From an uncultured Acidobacteriota bacterium (lineage in GTDB: Bacteria > Acidobacteriota > Terriglobia > Terriglobales > Acidobacteriaceae): a stretch of DNA of 64,000 nucleotides. A program made the translations under genes and the position numbers. The notes under the pieces were generated by a model, which saw nothing but the letters and a program-made list of their open reading frames with translations, had not been told where the DNA came from and did no database searches. Shown in pieces: positions 1-9,619 of the stretch (its first letter is position 1; each line of letters opens with the position of its first letter). The stretch covers positions 5,901-69,900 of the forward strand of contig CAVSNS010000022.1 in assembly GCA_963729325.1 (NCBI GenBank), written 5' to 3'.

Positions 1-471
1 GGAGTGATGACCTGCCGTGGCGGCAAGGACTTTCATGGTCCCTGGGGTGCACCGACCATGATGGCTCTTGAAGGCGGCAGCCTTGGCTTGCAGTTGGGCG
101 GACAGGCAACCGATTTCGTCTTACTCCTGATGAGTCAAAAATCAGCCACGAATATTCTCAGCAGCAAGGTCAAGCTGGGCGGAGACGCCTCCGCAGCGGC
201 TGGACCGGTGGGACGGAATGTCTCTGCCGAAACCGATGTGACTATGCGGGCTGAGATCCTGTCTTATTCTCGGGCTCGCGGACTATTCGCGGGAATATCT
301 CTGGCCGGCTCAACGCTTCGACCGGACAATGACGCCAACAAAGCCTTGTACGGCAAAGAAGTCAGCGCCAAGGACATTGTCTTTGAAAAGGCAGTAGCGC
401 CGCCCAAGTCGGCGGAACTGCTGTTGTCAACGCTCAATAAGAGATCTCCGAAAAACTTGTCGACCAACTAG
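1..471 (+). CDS. SYLF / Ysc84-like (DUF500) lipid-binding domain protein, 5' end cut by window edge
   Basis: ORF 4..471 is open back to base 1. Gly-rich segments GGSLGLQLGGQATDFVLL, KLGGDASAAAGPVGR and ILSYSRARGLFAGISLAGS match my recollection of the SYLF domain. Confidence 0.5.
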   Translation, partial: GVMTCRGGKDFHGPWGAPTMMALEGGSLGLQLGGQATDFVLLLMSQKSATNILSSKVKLGGDASAAAGPVGRNVSAETDVTMRAEILSYSRARGLFAGISLAGSTLRPDNDANKALYGKEVSAKDIVFEKAVAPPKSAELLLSTLNKRSPKNLSTN

Positions 472-563
472 TCTTGTCCGCGCCGGGAGGAGGGGCAATC
501 TTCCTCCCGAGGATCTCCTTATCGTATCGTTTGCGCCGCCAAGACAGGATCTGACCTGAGTTC

Positions 564-639
564 TGGTGGGCCCGCCTGGATTCGAACCAGGGACCAGAGG
601 ATTATGAGTCCACTGCTCTAACCGCTGAGCTACGGGCCC
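564..639 (-). tRNA. tRNA with CAU anticodon (elongator Met or lysidine-type Ile2; not initiator)
   Basis: The reverse complement folds by hand as a 76-nt cloverleaf: GGGCCCG TA GCTC AGCGGTTA GAGC A GTGGA CTCATAA TCCTC TGGTC CCTGG TTCGAAT CCAGG CGGGCCC A CCA. The 1:72 pair is G:C. One U:U mismatch sits in the anticodon stem. Confidence 0.9.
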
Positions 640-755
640 GTCCACCAAACGCAAGCAGGACATTTCCGAGTGTAGCAAGCATTGTAGAGGATGCGAGGCA
701 TTGGCACGGCTGCCAGAGCTATCAATCATCGTCGGGATCGGTTGGCGGTGTCTTA

Positions 756-2099
756 TCATTCAGAAAGAAGTTGGCGTCGAGCGCTGCGGGAATGGTTTTG
801 GAAGGTAAGCGGCGTTTGGCTGAAGTCGAAACAATCAGAGAGATTATCAGCGGGTGCGTCCGCATACCCGAGCGAGGGCAAGCCGAAATTCTGTTCAATG
901 AACTTCAGGATGCTGCCGAAATCATGGGTAACGTGAGAGACATAAGCCGACTTCGCGAAGGGAGACACGACGATCAGAGGCACACGAAACCCGTACTCGT
1001 AGGAGTTGATGACTGTGGGTGCGACGTGGTCGTACCATCCTCCCCAATCGTCCCACGTGATGAGGATGGCGGTGTTGGACCAATAGGGGCTGTTGCCGAT
1101 GGCGTTGACAATAGACGCCACCCAGGATGGTCCTGAACCATTGTTCGACCCGGCGTGATCGGATGCCTGTCCCGTGGGAATCACCCAGCTCACGGCGGGG
1201 AGTTGCCCGTTGGCAATATCGCTCAAGACTTGTGTTTGCTGGAGGATGACGTTGTTGGTCCATTCCGGCCCTGTACATACAGTCGCGGTCGCGTCTGGCA
1301 CACAAATATGCCGGATGGCGTTAGGTCCAGTCCAGATGGAGCCGGCAGACGGTGTGTAGTACCGCCAGGTTAGCTTTTTGGAGTCGAGCAAGTCCACCAG
1401 CGCGGGATGCTCAAAACAGGGATATTGGGTTTGGGACTCGTCGCCCGTGGGATCGATCAACGCGACGAGCTGGCCGGTAGCGGCTGTACACCCGGTGCCC
1501 CCCGAGCCCGTCCCGTCGCCCCCGGGGGTAAACGGATTCTCCGCGGCAAACAAATTGCTTGTTGCGGTCGGAGCAGACGTACCCGAGATGATGAATTGAT
1601 GTGCGGGAAAGCTCGGGCCTTGGTTGGTCTGGAACATTCGATCCGCGAACGTGTAGCGTTCTGCCATTTGGAAGTACGGAGCCACCTCGGAGGGATTTAC
1701 GTATGCGAACTGAAGGTTAGGCGCAGGGCAATCGGTGGCTCCCGGCTTGCAGAACACGGGGATTTTGTCGGCGCCATCCATTCTTCCTGTGTCATACATG
1801 AGCACGAACGAGTTGTGCGAGTGATTCGGATCGTAGTCGGTCACTAGAGATACGGGTGCCAGTGGGATGGTTTGGCCGTCGGAATTCATACCGCTATTGG
1901 CAATGTCCGCATTCGGTAGACCATGGAAAAGGTTGTCAGGGGTACGATTCTCCTGGAAAATCACGACCACATGCTGAATCTTTCCGGAGCTCGACATTCG
2001 AGTCGATCCGCCACCTCCTGCACAACTATTGAGATTAACAAGAAGGCCAGCGACTAGGAGAAGGACGGCCCAGAACAGCAAAACGGTAGACCGACTCAT
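756..2099 (-). CDS. secreted phosphoesterase family protein (phospholipase C / AcpA acid phosphatase-like)
   Basis: 447-aa ORF with an N-terminal hydrophobic signal (LLFWAVLLLVAGLLV). The VVVIFQENRTPDNLFHGL motif and the ITWDDWGGWYDHV region are typical of the phosphoesterase family. Confidence 0.7.
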   Translation of the reverse strand: MSRSTVLLFWAVLLLVAGLLVNLNSCAGGGGSTRMSSSGKIQHVVVIFQENRTPDNLFHGLPNADIANSGMNSDGQTIPLAPVSLVTDYDPNHSHNSFVLMYDTGRMDGADKIPVFCKPGATDCPAPNLQFAYVNPSEVAPYFQMAERYTFADRMFQTNQGPSFPAHQFIISGTSAPTATSNLFAAENPFTPGGDGTGSGGTGCTAATGQLVALIDPTGDESQTQYPCFEHPALVDLLDSKKLTWRYYTPSAGSIWTGPNAIRHICVPDATATVCTGPEWTNNVILQQTQVLSDIANGQLPAVSWVIPTGQASDHAGSNNGSGPSWVASIVNAIGNSPYWSNTAILITWDDWGGWYDHVAPTVINSYEYGFRVPLIVVSPFAKSAYVSHVTHDFGSILKFIEQNFGLPSLGYADAPADNLSDCFDFSQTPLTFQNHSRSARRQLLSE

Positions 2100-2449
2100 A
2101 GCATTATCTCCCCTATGTCAGTCTGAACCATGCAAGCAGGACCTGCCACAAGCCTGTTGGAGCGGTTAGCAAGGGAGGCCTTACACGGGTTGGGTTTCTG
2201 CAGTTCGCACCCATACCTGTGGACGGCATTCGGTTCTCTGGGTTCTAAGATGCAAGGTTCGCCCCTGACAGGTTGCTAAACCCACTCAAAATGACTGGCT
2301 TGAGGCAAACGCCAAATTCCCCGTTACGAAAGTTTCGCATCAACCTCACAAGTGATTGTCCGGAAGTATTTTGCCTGCTATCACTTAGGTAGCACAAACT
2401 CATTGCCTGGAATTCCCAAGAGGCCCTAAAAGGAGCCTGCGGTAGAGTT

Positions 2450-5212
2450 GTGAACAACCGCTCTCAGTCGTGGAGAGAACTGAGCGTCCGAGCCAAGGTT
2501 TTTATTAGCCTGGTCGTGGCGATAGGCACCAGTGTGCTCCTGTATGGGGCCGTGAACCCGACCAGCAAGAACATCGCTCAATTCATTTGCTATCTGCTGA
2601 TCGCGATTCTGGCTTCACGTCTCAAAGTCAATCTGCCCGGGATCACGGGCACGATGTCGGTGAACTTCCTGTTCATTCTTCTTGGAGTGTTGGAGCTGAG
2701 TCTCACGGAGACCCTGGTTCTGGGAACTGCCGCTCTACTGATTCAATGTTTCTATCGAGATCGCCCCAGCGCACTCCAAGTGACATTCAATATCTGCGCC
2801 AGCGCGTTTTCTATCGCGGTGGCGTACGGCGTGTATCACTTTGCCCTGTCGCAAGGGCGAATAAAGAGTCATCCATCGTTATTGGTAATCGCGGCGTCCA
2901 CGTACTTCATCGCTAACACCGGTTCGATTGCCGGCGTGATAGCGCTCACCGAGCACAAGTCACTGAAGAAAATCTGGGTGCAGTGTTACTTCTGGTCCTT
3001 CCCCTACTACCTTGTGGGTGCGGGATTCGCTGGCACCTTGGGATGGTTCAACCGTACGTTCGGCTGGCAAACGTCGCTGCTGGTGGTGCCGGTCATATAC
3101 CTCTTCTACCGTTCGTACCGTCTCTACCTGGGAAAACTGGAGGACGAGAAGCGTCACGTGGAGGAGATGGCAAACCTGCACTTGCGGACCATCGAAGCGC
3201 TGGCCTTGGCCATTGAGGCCAAAGACCATACCACGCACGATCACCTGCAGCGAGTGCGCGTCTATGCCATTGAAGTTGCCAAAGAATTGGGAGTAACCCC
3301 AGAAGAGATGGAAGCTCTGCACGCGGCAGCGCTATTGCATGATATTGGAAAGCTTGCCGTGCCTGAGCACATCATCTCCAAGCCCGGACGCCTGACCCCA
3401 GAAGAATTCGAGAAGATGAAGATTCATCCGGTGGTCGGGGCGGAGATTTTAGAGCGGGTGCGATTCCCTTACCCGGTAGTGCCGATTGTGCGGGCGCACC
3501 ATGAGAAGTGGGACGGAACCGGATATCCGTTTGGCCTGAAAGCCACCGAGATCCCGATCGGAGCGCGCATCCTTTCGGCAGTGGACTACCTGGACGCGCT
3601 AGCATCCGACCGCCAGTACCGCCGCGCCTTACCGTTGGACGAAGTCGTTAGGCGTCTTTCTGACGAATCCGGGAAATCTTTTGATCCAAAAGTGGTGACG
3701 GTCTTACAAAAGCGATATCGTGACCTCGAAAAACTGGTCGAAGCCCATTTCGGACATGTGGCTCCATTGCGGCTCTCGACTGACGTAAAGGTGGAACACG
3801 GGGTCGCACCCGCCGCCGGCTTTGAAGACATTACGGTCAAAGATGCTCCAGGCCAGGAGGCTACTTTCCTCTCCTCTATTGCGGCTGCACGGCAGGAGGC
3901 CCAGACCCTTTTCGAACTGAGCCAGGACTTAGGGGCTTCGCTCAGCCTGGACGAAACCTTGTCGGTTTTCTCGGTGAAGCTTAGACGGCTTGTGCCTTAC
4001 GATGCCATCGCCATCTACGTCAAGCGTGGTGCGGAATTAGTTCCAGAGCATGTGAGCGGTGACAATTTCCGCTTGTTCTCGTCGCTTCGCATCCCGCTGG
4101 GCCAAGGACTCTCCGGCTGGGTGGCGGAGAACATGAAACCGATCATCAACGGAAATCCGTCGGTTGAGCCAGGATATCTGAACGATCCGACGAAATTCAG
4201 CACTTTGCGCTCGGCCATGGCGATCCCGCTGGAGGGGTTAGCCGGAGTAGTCGGCGTGCTCGCCCTTTACCACGCGGAGGTAGACGCATTCACTTCCGAT
4301 CACCTGCGAATTCTGTTGGCGATCAGTTCCAAGATGGCCCTGGCCATCGAAAACGCGCTGAAATACGAGCAAGCGGAGAGTTCCGCCACTACCGACTATC
4401 TCACGGGATTGCCGAACGCCCGGTCACTGTTTCTGCAACTCGACCGCGAGCTGGCGCGTTGCAAACGGGACAACTCGACTCTAATCGTGATGGTCAGCGA
4501 TATGGATGGTTTCAAGCAGATCAACGACCGCTTCGGTCATCTGGAGGGCAATCGTGTACTGCGCCTGTTCGCGCAGGCTTTAAAGGACAGCTGCCGCGAA
4601 TACGACTACGTGGCTCGGATGGGCGGCGACGAATTTGTGGTCGTAGCCCCCGGCCTGCCCGCGGACGCGGCTGCCAAGAAAGCCGAGCAATTGCGTGAAC
4701 TCGCCAAGCATGCCGGCAAAGAAGTCTGTAGCGAAGATATTCTTTCGCTGAGCGTAGGACAGGCGTCGTATCCCGGAGACGGACAGGATGCCGAAGGATT
4801 GCTCGCGGAAGCCGATCGCCGCATGTACCTGGAGAAACAGCGGCAACCCTCGCGAAAAAATCGCCGGCTCTATCCGCGGATGAAGTGCAGGGTCACGATT
4901 GAGTTGCAGCCCCACGATGAAGAAATCCCCGTCCTCGGTAATCTTATCGACGTCAGTCTGGGGGGCTGCTACGTGGAGACCAGCGCTATCTTGCCTCCTG
5001 GCTCCAAGCTTAAATTGGTTTTTTCCATCGACGATGGCAAGATGCAGGCTGAGGGCAGCGTGGTTCGAATCGATCCGGGATCGGGGATCGCGGTTCGGTT
5101 CAACGACATGAATCGCGAGGACCGCGAGAAAATGCACCGTGTGCTGGAGTTTGTGCACAATTCCACCATGTTCTACGACAACCGCTACTTCTCAAAACTG
5201 CTGAACCGTTGA
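2450..5212 (+). CDS. membrane-anchored HD-GYP / GAF / GGDEF / PilZ multidomain c-di-GMP signalling protein
   Basis: 920-aa ORF with a GTG start. About 220 aa of multi-TM N-terminus come first. HD-GYP motifs are HDIGK and HHEKWDGTGYP. A GAF-like block is LSGWVAENMKPII...AIPL. The GGDEF domain is MGGDEFVVV, with an RxxD I-site (REYD) five residues upstream. The C-terminal PilZ motifs are RLYPR and DVSLGG. Confidence 0.85.
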   Translation: MNNRSQSWRELSVRAKVFISLVVAIGTSVLLYGAVNPTSKNIAQFICYLLIAILASRLKVNLPGITGTMSVNFLFILLGVLELSLTETLVLGTAALLIQCFYRDRPSALQVTFNICASAFSIAVAYGVYHFALSQGRIKSHPSLLVIAASTYFIANTGSIAGVIALTEHKSLKKIWVQCYFWSFPYYLVGAGFAGTLGWFNRTFGWQTSLLVVPVIYLFYRSYRLYLGKLEDEKRHVEEMANLHLRTIEALALAIEAKDHTTHDHLQRVRVYAIEVAKELGVTPEEMEALHAAALLHDIGKLAVPEHIISKPGRLTPEEFEKMKIHPVVGAEILERVRFPYPVVPIVRAHHEKWDGTGYPFGLKATEIPIGARILSAVDYLDALASDRQYRRALPLDEVVRRLSDESGKSFDPKVVTVLQKRYRDLEKLVEAHFGHVAPLRLSTDVKVEHGVAPAAGFEDITVKDAPGQEATFLSSIAAARQEAQTLFELSQDLGASLSLDETLSVFSVKLRRLVPYDAIAIYVKRGAELVPEHVSGDNFRLFSSLRIPLGQGLSGWVAENMKPIINGNPSVEPGYLNDPTKFSTLRSAMAIPLEGLAGVVGVLALYHAEVDAFTSDHLRILLAISSKMALAIENALKYEQAESSATTDYLTGLPNARSLFLQLDRELARCKRDNSTLIVMVSDMDGFKQINDRFGHLEGNRVLRLFAQALKDSCREYDYVARMGGDEFVVVAPGLPADAAAKKAEQLRELAKHAGKEVCSEDILSLSVGQASYPGDGQDAEGLLAEADRRMYLEKQRQPSRKNRRLYPRMKCRVTIELQPHDEEIPVLGNLIDVSLGGCYVETSAILPPGSKLKLVFSIDDGKMQAEGSVVRIDPGSGIAVRFNDMNREDREKMHRVLEFVHNSTMFYDNRYFSKLLNR

Positions 5213-5489
5213 TTCGCGAAGAAAGCGGCTCCCCCTTCGTTCTTGGTGGAACCATCCGCGTCCATCGGCAAGGGATGCGGGCGTTAGAATGTCCGCAGGT
5301 CGACGGCGATATTCGGTAGTGGCTCAGTTTAAGGTAGAAGCGAGCCGAACGTGCGATTATTGCGTCGCAAAGAACGCGACGCTTCGCGCGGCTCGCCTAG
5401 ATCCTTCACTGCGCAAAAAACGCTTGTTCAGGATGACAATCAAACTGAGCTACTGCTCGATATTCCACGGGCTGTGAAAAGGGGGACGC

Positions 5490-5831
5490 ATGAAAGTCTT
5501 GGTGGTGGAGCCGGATGAAACCACTGTGAAAGCTACGGGAGTAATGCTTAACCGGCTGGGTTACGAAGTTGGGCTGGCGACAAATTGCGATGAGGCGTTT
5601 CGCATCTACTGCAATCAAGGGCCATATCATCTTGTTGTTATTGATCTGACATTTGTGCGCGGATCCAGCGCTGGCGGGGTTAAGTTTATCGATGCCATGC
5701 GGCAGAAGAATCCCCAACAGGATTACGCCTTTGTTACGGGGTCCTCGATTCTGCGAAGGCCATTCTCCTTGCAAGAACTGGACGATTTTATGGGTGGATT
5801 CCGCCGTCCTGCTGGCAGCCGCTTTGGATAA
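5490..5831 (+). CDS. stand-alone response-regulator receiver domain protein (atypical)
   Basis: 113 aa. MKVLVVEPDE acidic pocket, LVVIDL acceptor Asp and FVTG Thr position are present. RPF replaces the usual KPF. Confidence 0.55.
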   Translation: MKVLVVEPDETTVKATGVMLNRLGYEVGLATNCDEAFRIYCNQGPYHLVVIDLTFVRGSSAGGVKFIDAMRQKNPQQDYAFVTGSSILRRPFSLQELDDFMGGFRRPAGSRFG

Positions 5832-5900
5832 GGTCCACAGGCCCAGCTACTTGGCGAGGAGTTTCAGTTAACGAAGCCGGCTAGCAACCGCTCTCACAAT

Positions 5901-6473
5901 CTACTTTCGGCCGGGATGGAACTCCCCGCGGTTGGAGAATTGCGAGTAAGGCCATTCGTTCTTCTTGGTGGGCAACGTGGAAGAGGTAACGGGCGCAAGG
6001 GACGCCGGGTCGACTTCCCAATCCGCGGGAGCGGGATGAATGCACCAAACATTTCCAATCTGATCAAGCGCCAGCCCAACCAGCCAGTACTTATTCTCAG
6101 TTCCGAGCGGGACGCAGTTTGCCACGCGAGCAGTTGCGTGATTGCCACCGGGAAGATCGTCCAGCCGCACCGGCGTTCCTGGCTCCAGAGGGCATGGAAG
6201 GCGCACTCCGCAGCCGTGTGGGTTCACGACCAGAGTGTGGCAGCTTTCTGAGAGCTGTGTGGCCGGATCCAAACTGGTCACGCGAAGCGGGATTTGAGCT
6301 CGAACGCGTGTGCGGCGAGTCGGTGTATCGTGCGATTTTGCGGTTGATTCCATATTGCGGGGCTTGTTCAAGATTTTACGTGCGAAATTCTGATTGGCGT
6401 TGATCTCGCTGGCAGAAACGGACACCAAAGTAACGGAGGCGTCGCCCTTCAACTGTAATGCCGGCGAGCTCAA
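5901..6473 (-). CDS. PilZ-like domain protein
   Basis: 190 aa. An RRTRVR motif (RxxxR) is followed by VVNPHGCGV, a variant of D/NxSxxG. The beta-rich remainder resembles the C-terminal PilZ of the 920-aa protein. Confidence 0.5.
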   Translation of the reverse strand: MSSPALQLKGDASVTLVSVSASEINANQNFARKILNKPRNMESTAKSHDTPTRRTRVRAQIPLRVTSLDPATQLSESCHTLVVNPHGCGVRLPCPLEPGTPVRLDDLPGGNHATARVANCVPLGTENKYWLVGLALDQIGNVWCIHPAPADWEVDPASLAPVTSSTLPTKKNEWPYSQFSNRGEFHPGRK

Positions 6474-6528
6474 GGGCTGGGGGTGACCTTCCCGATTTCG
6501 GTCGCCTCAGGAAGACTCTTCGCGCCTT

Positions 6529-7623
6529 TTAAATGGCGACCAGCTGAATTTGAATGAGCGGACCGGAACTATTTGCTCGGGCCTTGCGGAGCATGTTCGC
6601 GGAGGGAATGCCGGTGCGATGGAACGACTTCTCGCAATCCGCGGTCGAGGGCCCGCGCATGCTGCCTTCCATGTAGGCAAGACCGGGACAGCGAGTGCAG
6701 GTGCCAACATGGCTACAAGTCGAGCATACGGGTAGGTCTTTAGCGCGAATCGAGCGAACCTCATGCAAGGCCGGCGAATCGCGCCAGATGTCGATGAATT
6801 TCTGTTTTCGTACATTGCCACTGGGCAGGGGAAACTGCACGCAGGGAAAAACGTCGCCATAGGGAGTGATGTAGGCCGCTGTGTGACCGGCACTGCAAGG
6901 ATATCCGTCCATGATACCCTCGTCGGGCGGGGGCGGGGGGGCACAAAATTTTTCTACGTTTCCCACGAGGCCCGGATTGTGAAAAACTGCATTCAACTCT
7001 GAACCAGGAATACGCAAACTGAGGATTGAAGTGTCTCCATCCATCTTCGGAGTGATCGTCGGATCCAAAGTGTAGGTAACCCCGAGCTCGCGGGCCAGTG
7101 CCTGCACTCCTGCATGGTCGCGGCTGTTGGCCGTCATCAGAACATTAGCGATCACAACCTTCAAGCCCTGTAATTTCAGAAAGCGAATCGCTTCCACACT
7201 CCGCTTCAGCGAGCCCGGTAGTTTAGTGATAGCGTCATGCACTTCGGAGCGGTGGGAGTAGATGCTGATTTGTATGTTCTCGACTCCCAACTCCACCATC
7301 CGTTTGGCTTCACGCTGGCGGATCATCACGCCGTTGGTCTTGATTCTGACATTGAAGCGCAGGCGACGGGCATATTCCAGAATGTCGAAAAAGTCGCGTC
7401 GCATCAGCACTTCCCCGCCACTGAGGGTCAGAAAAAAAGTGCCTGCCTCGGCCAGTTGATCCAGCACGTCTTCGATCTCGGCGGTGCTCATTTCGCCGTG
7501 ATCGTCGTGATCCAGATAGCAGTGAACGCAGCGTTCGTTGCAACGGTACGTTACGTCCAGATGGATGGCGAGAGGAACACCCAGTTCCATGGCCCGCTGA
7601 TTCATCTGCTGCATGAGACTCAT
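6529..7623 (-). CDS. radical SAM / SPASM-domain peptide maturase
   Basis: The CNERCVHC motif (CxxxCxxC) lies near the N-terminus. A Cys-rich C-terminus (CSAGH...FPCVQ...CSTCSHVGTCTRCPG) is typical of SPASM auxiliary clusters. The ATG at 7621-7623 overlaps the upstream PqqD stop (ATGA). The ORF track extends the gene to 7647. Confidence 0.85.
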   Translation of the reverse strand: MSLMQQMNQRAMELGVPLAIHLDVTYRCNERCVHCYLDHDDHGEMSTAEIEDVLDQLAEAGTFFLTLSGGEVLMRRDFFDILEYARRLRFNVRIKTNGVMIRQREAKRMVELGVENIQISIYSHRSEVHDAITKLPGSLKRSVEAIRFLKLQGLKVVIANVLMTANSRDHAGVQALARELGVTYTLDPTITPKMDGDTSILSLRIPGSELNAVFHNPGLVGNVEKFCAPPPPPDEGIMDGYPCSAGHTAAYITPYGDVFPCVQFPLPSGNVRKQKFIDIWRDSPALHEVRSIRAKDLPVCSTCSHVGTCTRCPGLAYMEGSMRGPSTADCEKSFHRTGIPSANMLRKARANSSGPLIQIQLVAI

Positions 7624-7949
7624 GCTGTCTCCCTGGACCCAGTACATGGATCATCGATCGGACGATCCGAAACCAGCAAAATGCCGTGGGGGGAAAGCTC
7701 TTCGACGAATCGCTCGGCGTCGCGGAGTGCCACGCCGGGTTCGACCTCGAACTGCTCGATGACGCCGCCTACGATTTCGGAAAGTGGAGTGCGGCCGTCT
7801 GCCGACTGCCAGATGGCGGTGGCCACCTCATTCAGGGTGAAGAAGGTGGAGTCCACGGCGGACATGATCATCATCTCTCCGCCCAGCATTCGAGCGGCAA
7901 TGGCGGAACTGCGGGCAATGTATTTATTACTCATTGGATCAAGTCCCAA
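7620..7949 (-). CDS. PqqD-family peptide chaperone (RRE-type)
   Basis: 109 aa. FFTLNEVATAIWQSADGRTPLSEIVGGVIEQFEVEPGVALRDAERFVEELSPHGILL matches the PqqD winged-helix pattern. The gene is translationally coupled to the radical SAM gene. Confidence 0.75.
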   Translation of the reverse strand: MGLDPMSNKYIARSSAIAARMLGGEMMIMSAVDSTFFTLNEVATAIWQSADGRTPLSEIVGGVIEQFEVEPGVALRDAERFVEELSPHGILLVSDRPIDDPCTGSRETA

Positions 7950-8086
7950 ACCCGCTGGTCAGGAACGAACGTCAGCCGCCTTACCATAACACTTTCGACG
8001 AACTCACAGGCGGAGCGAAAAAGCATTTTGACCAACTTCGGGTAGTGGGCTAATTCTGTGTTGCTGCGTCAAATCTTTCCGTCATT

Positions 8087-8266
8087 CTAGGCCGAGGGTG
8101 AAATTAGATCCCAAGGCACATCTCTGTGCAGAACGAATACACCCTTTGTGCTCTTAACATCAGCGACTTTCTTCTGAGGGTCAACTTTGGTTACTACATA
8201 TGTTCCGGCGTATTTTGGATCTTTGACAAGGACCGTATCGCCCACTTTTGGTGTTTGGGTCGGCAT
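8087..8266 (-). CDS. 59-aa small ORF of unknown function (below ORF-track cutoff)
   Basis: Hand translation: MPTQTPKVGDTVLVKDPKYAGTYVVTKVDPQKKVADVKSTKGVFVLHRDVPWDLISPSA. It has the same orientation as the PqqD gene and lies 137 nt upstream of it. Confidence 0.3.
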   Translation of the reverse strand: MPTQTPKVGDTVLVKDPKYAGTYVVTKVDPQKKVADVKSTKGVFVLHRDVPWDLISPSA

Positions 8267-8364
8267 GCAAATAGTTTCCCATAGCCCCGTTTACATTGCC
8301 AGTCGGTGGGATTTCAAACTACACCACTACCAGACTGCGCAGGACTTGACTGTCCGGATTACGA

Positions 8365-8697
8365 TTGGGAATGACCACACAGACTCGGAAGTTCATCGAA
8401 CTGGCCGACATCCTTGGGATGCGCTTCGATTGCAGGAAGTGCCGCGCCAGCCTATCGCTGCCGATGGAGAAAAGCCCAAGCCCACCCAGCGACTGCCCGA
8501 ATTGCGGCTGCGACTGGACGGAGATGCCCGACGGGACTGACCACAAAGAGGAATTCCAAGTGCTGTCGGACGCGCTGGCAGCAGTTTCCCGCTTGCATCT
8601 CGGTTGTGCGTTCACGCTCGAAATTAAGCCTGAGCCGCAAGCAATTCCCCCATCTCCCACACGTGATCCGTTAGTCCACTCTGCATCGCAGGCGTGA
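8365..8697 (+). CDS. hypothetical zinc-ribbon protein, 3' end overlapped by (possibly disrupted by) the IS
   Basis: CRKC...CPNCGC pairs are present. A coherent sequence runs to ...AFTLEIK and then into the antisense of the transposase 3' end. Confidence 0.3.
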   Translation: MGMTTQTRKFIELADILGMRFDCRKCRASLSLPMEKSPSPPSDCPNCGCDWTEMPDGTDHKEEFQVLSDALAAVSRLHLGCAFTLEIKPEPQAIPPSPTRDPLVHSASQA

Positions 8698-9619
8698 CGC
8701 GCAGAGTTTGATGAACGCGGCAGAAGTTGTACCAAGCGAAGTACAGAGTCACCGCAGCCTTGAGGTTATCGAGCTTCTTAGAGAACGCATTGGTAAGCCG
8801 TGTAAAACGACGCACGTGCATACGCAGACTCAAATTCGACCGCTCGATATGAGACGTGCTGATATGTGCGGGATCGGGCCGTCCATCGCGGACTTTGGAT
8901 ATAACCTCCGTGATGTGTCCTGGGGAGTACCGCTCATTCCCATGCTGGCCGTAGTCTCCGAAGAGCTTTACAAGCTGCGCGAAGTCCACAGTTCCGCCGA
9001 ACACGTCCTCGACTCCCCGCTCGTAGAAGTGAAAGCCATCAGTGGTCAACTGGAATCGGCCCGCTGCAAGGCGCTTCTGCAAGCCGGAGAGAAATGCCAT
9101 CGTGGTTTCGCGGGTGCGCTTCCCGATCTCGAAACAAGGGATCAGTTTTGTTTCCGGGTCAAGCGCGATGAAAATCCACTGGTCACCAAGTTCGGCGGGG
9201 TCGCCGCTGCGAACGTGCCGCGCCTTCTTGCCCACGTAGCACCAGAGTTCATCGCACTGCACGTAATTGGCTTTAACTCCGCGAACCTTGGAATCGAGAA
9301 CACGCTGCGCATTCGCCGCTGCCGTCACCATAAGAGACAAAATCGTGTTCTTGTGCAATCCTGTGAAACGCGAGATGGCGCGAATACTCATTCCCTCAAG
9401 CATGAGGGACAGGGCTTTTGCCGCAGTCTCGGGATCGGTGTGGTGGGAGCCGAACGCCTTAGGGCTAGTGGGATCGGCAAAGGTCGCGTGGCAAGAATTG
9501 CAGCGCCAGCGTTGAATGCGGCGCTTACCGAAGTACCCGAACTTTTTGCAGGTTTGGTGCTGGCACTTGAGGCAGGTCATGGGGTTTCTCCGCTTGCGTT
9601 CTGCGGAGAAACCAGCCAA
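8624..9619 (-). mobile_element. IS1-family insertion sequence, single-ORF transposase (element ends not determined)
   Basis: 331 aa. An N-terminal Zn-finger (CLKCQH...CNSCH) and an HTH (SIRAISRFTGLHKNT) precede a DDE region. That region ends HIERSNLSLRMHVRRFTRLTNAFSKK, which resembles the IS1 InsB tail [25 protein letters not shown]. Confidence 0.7.
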
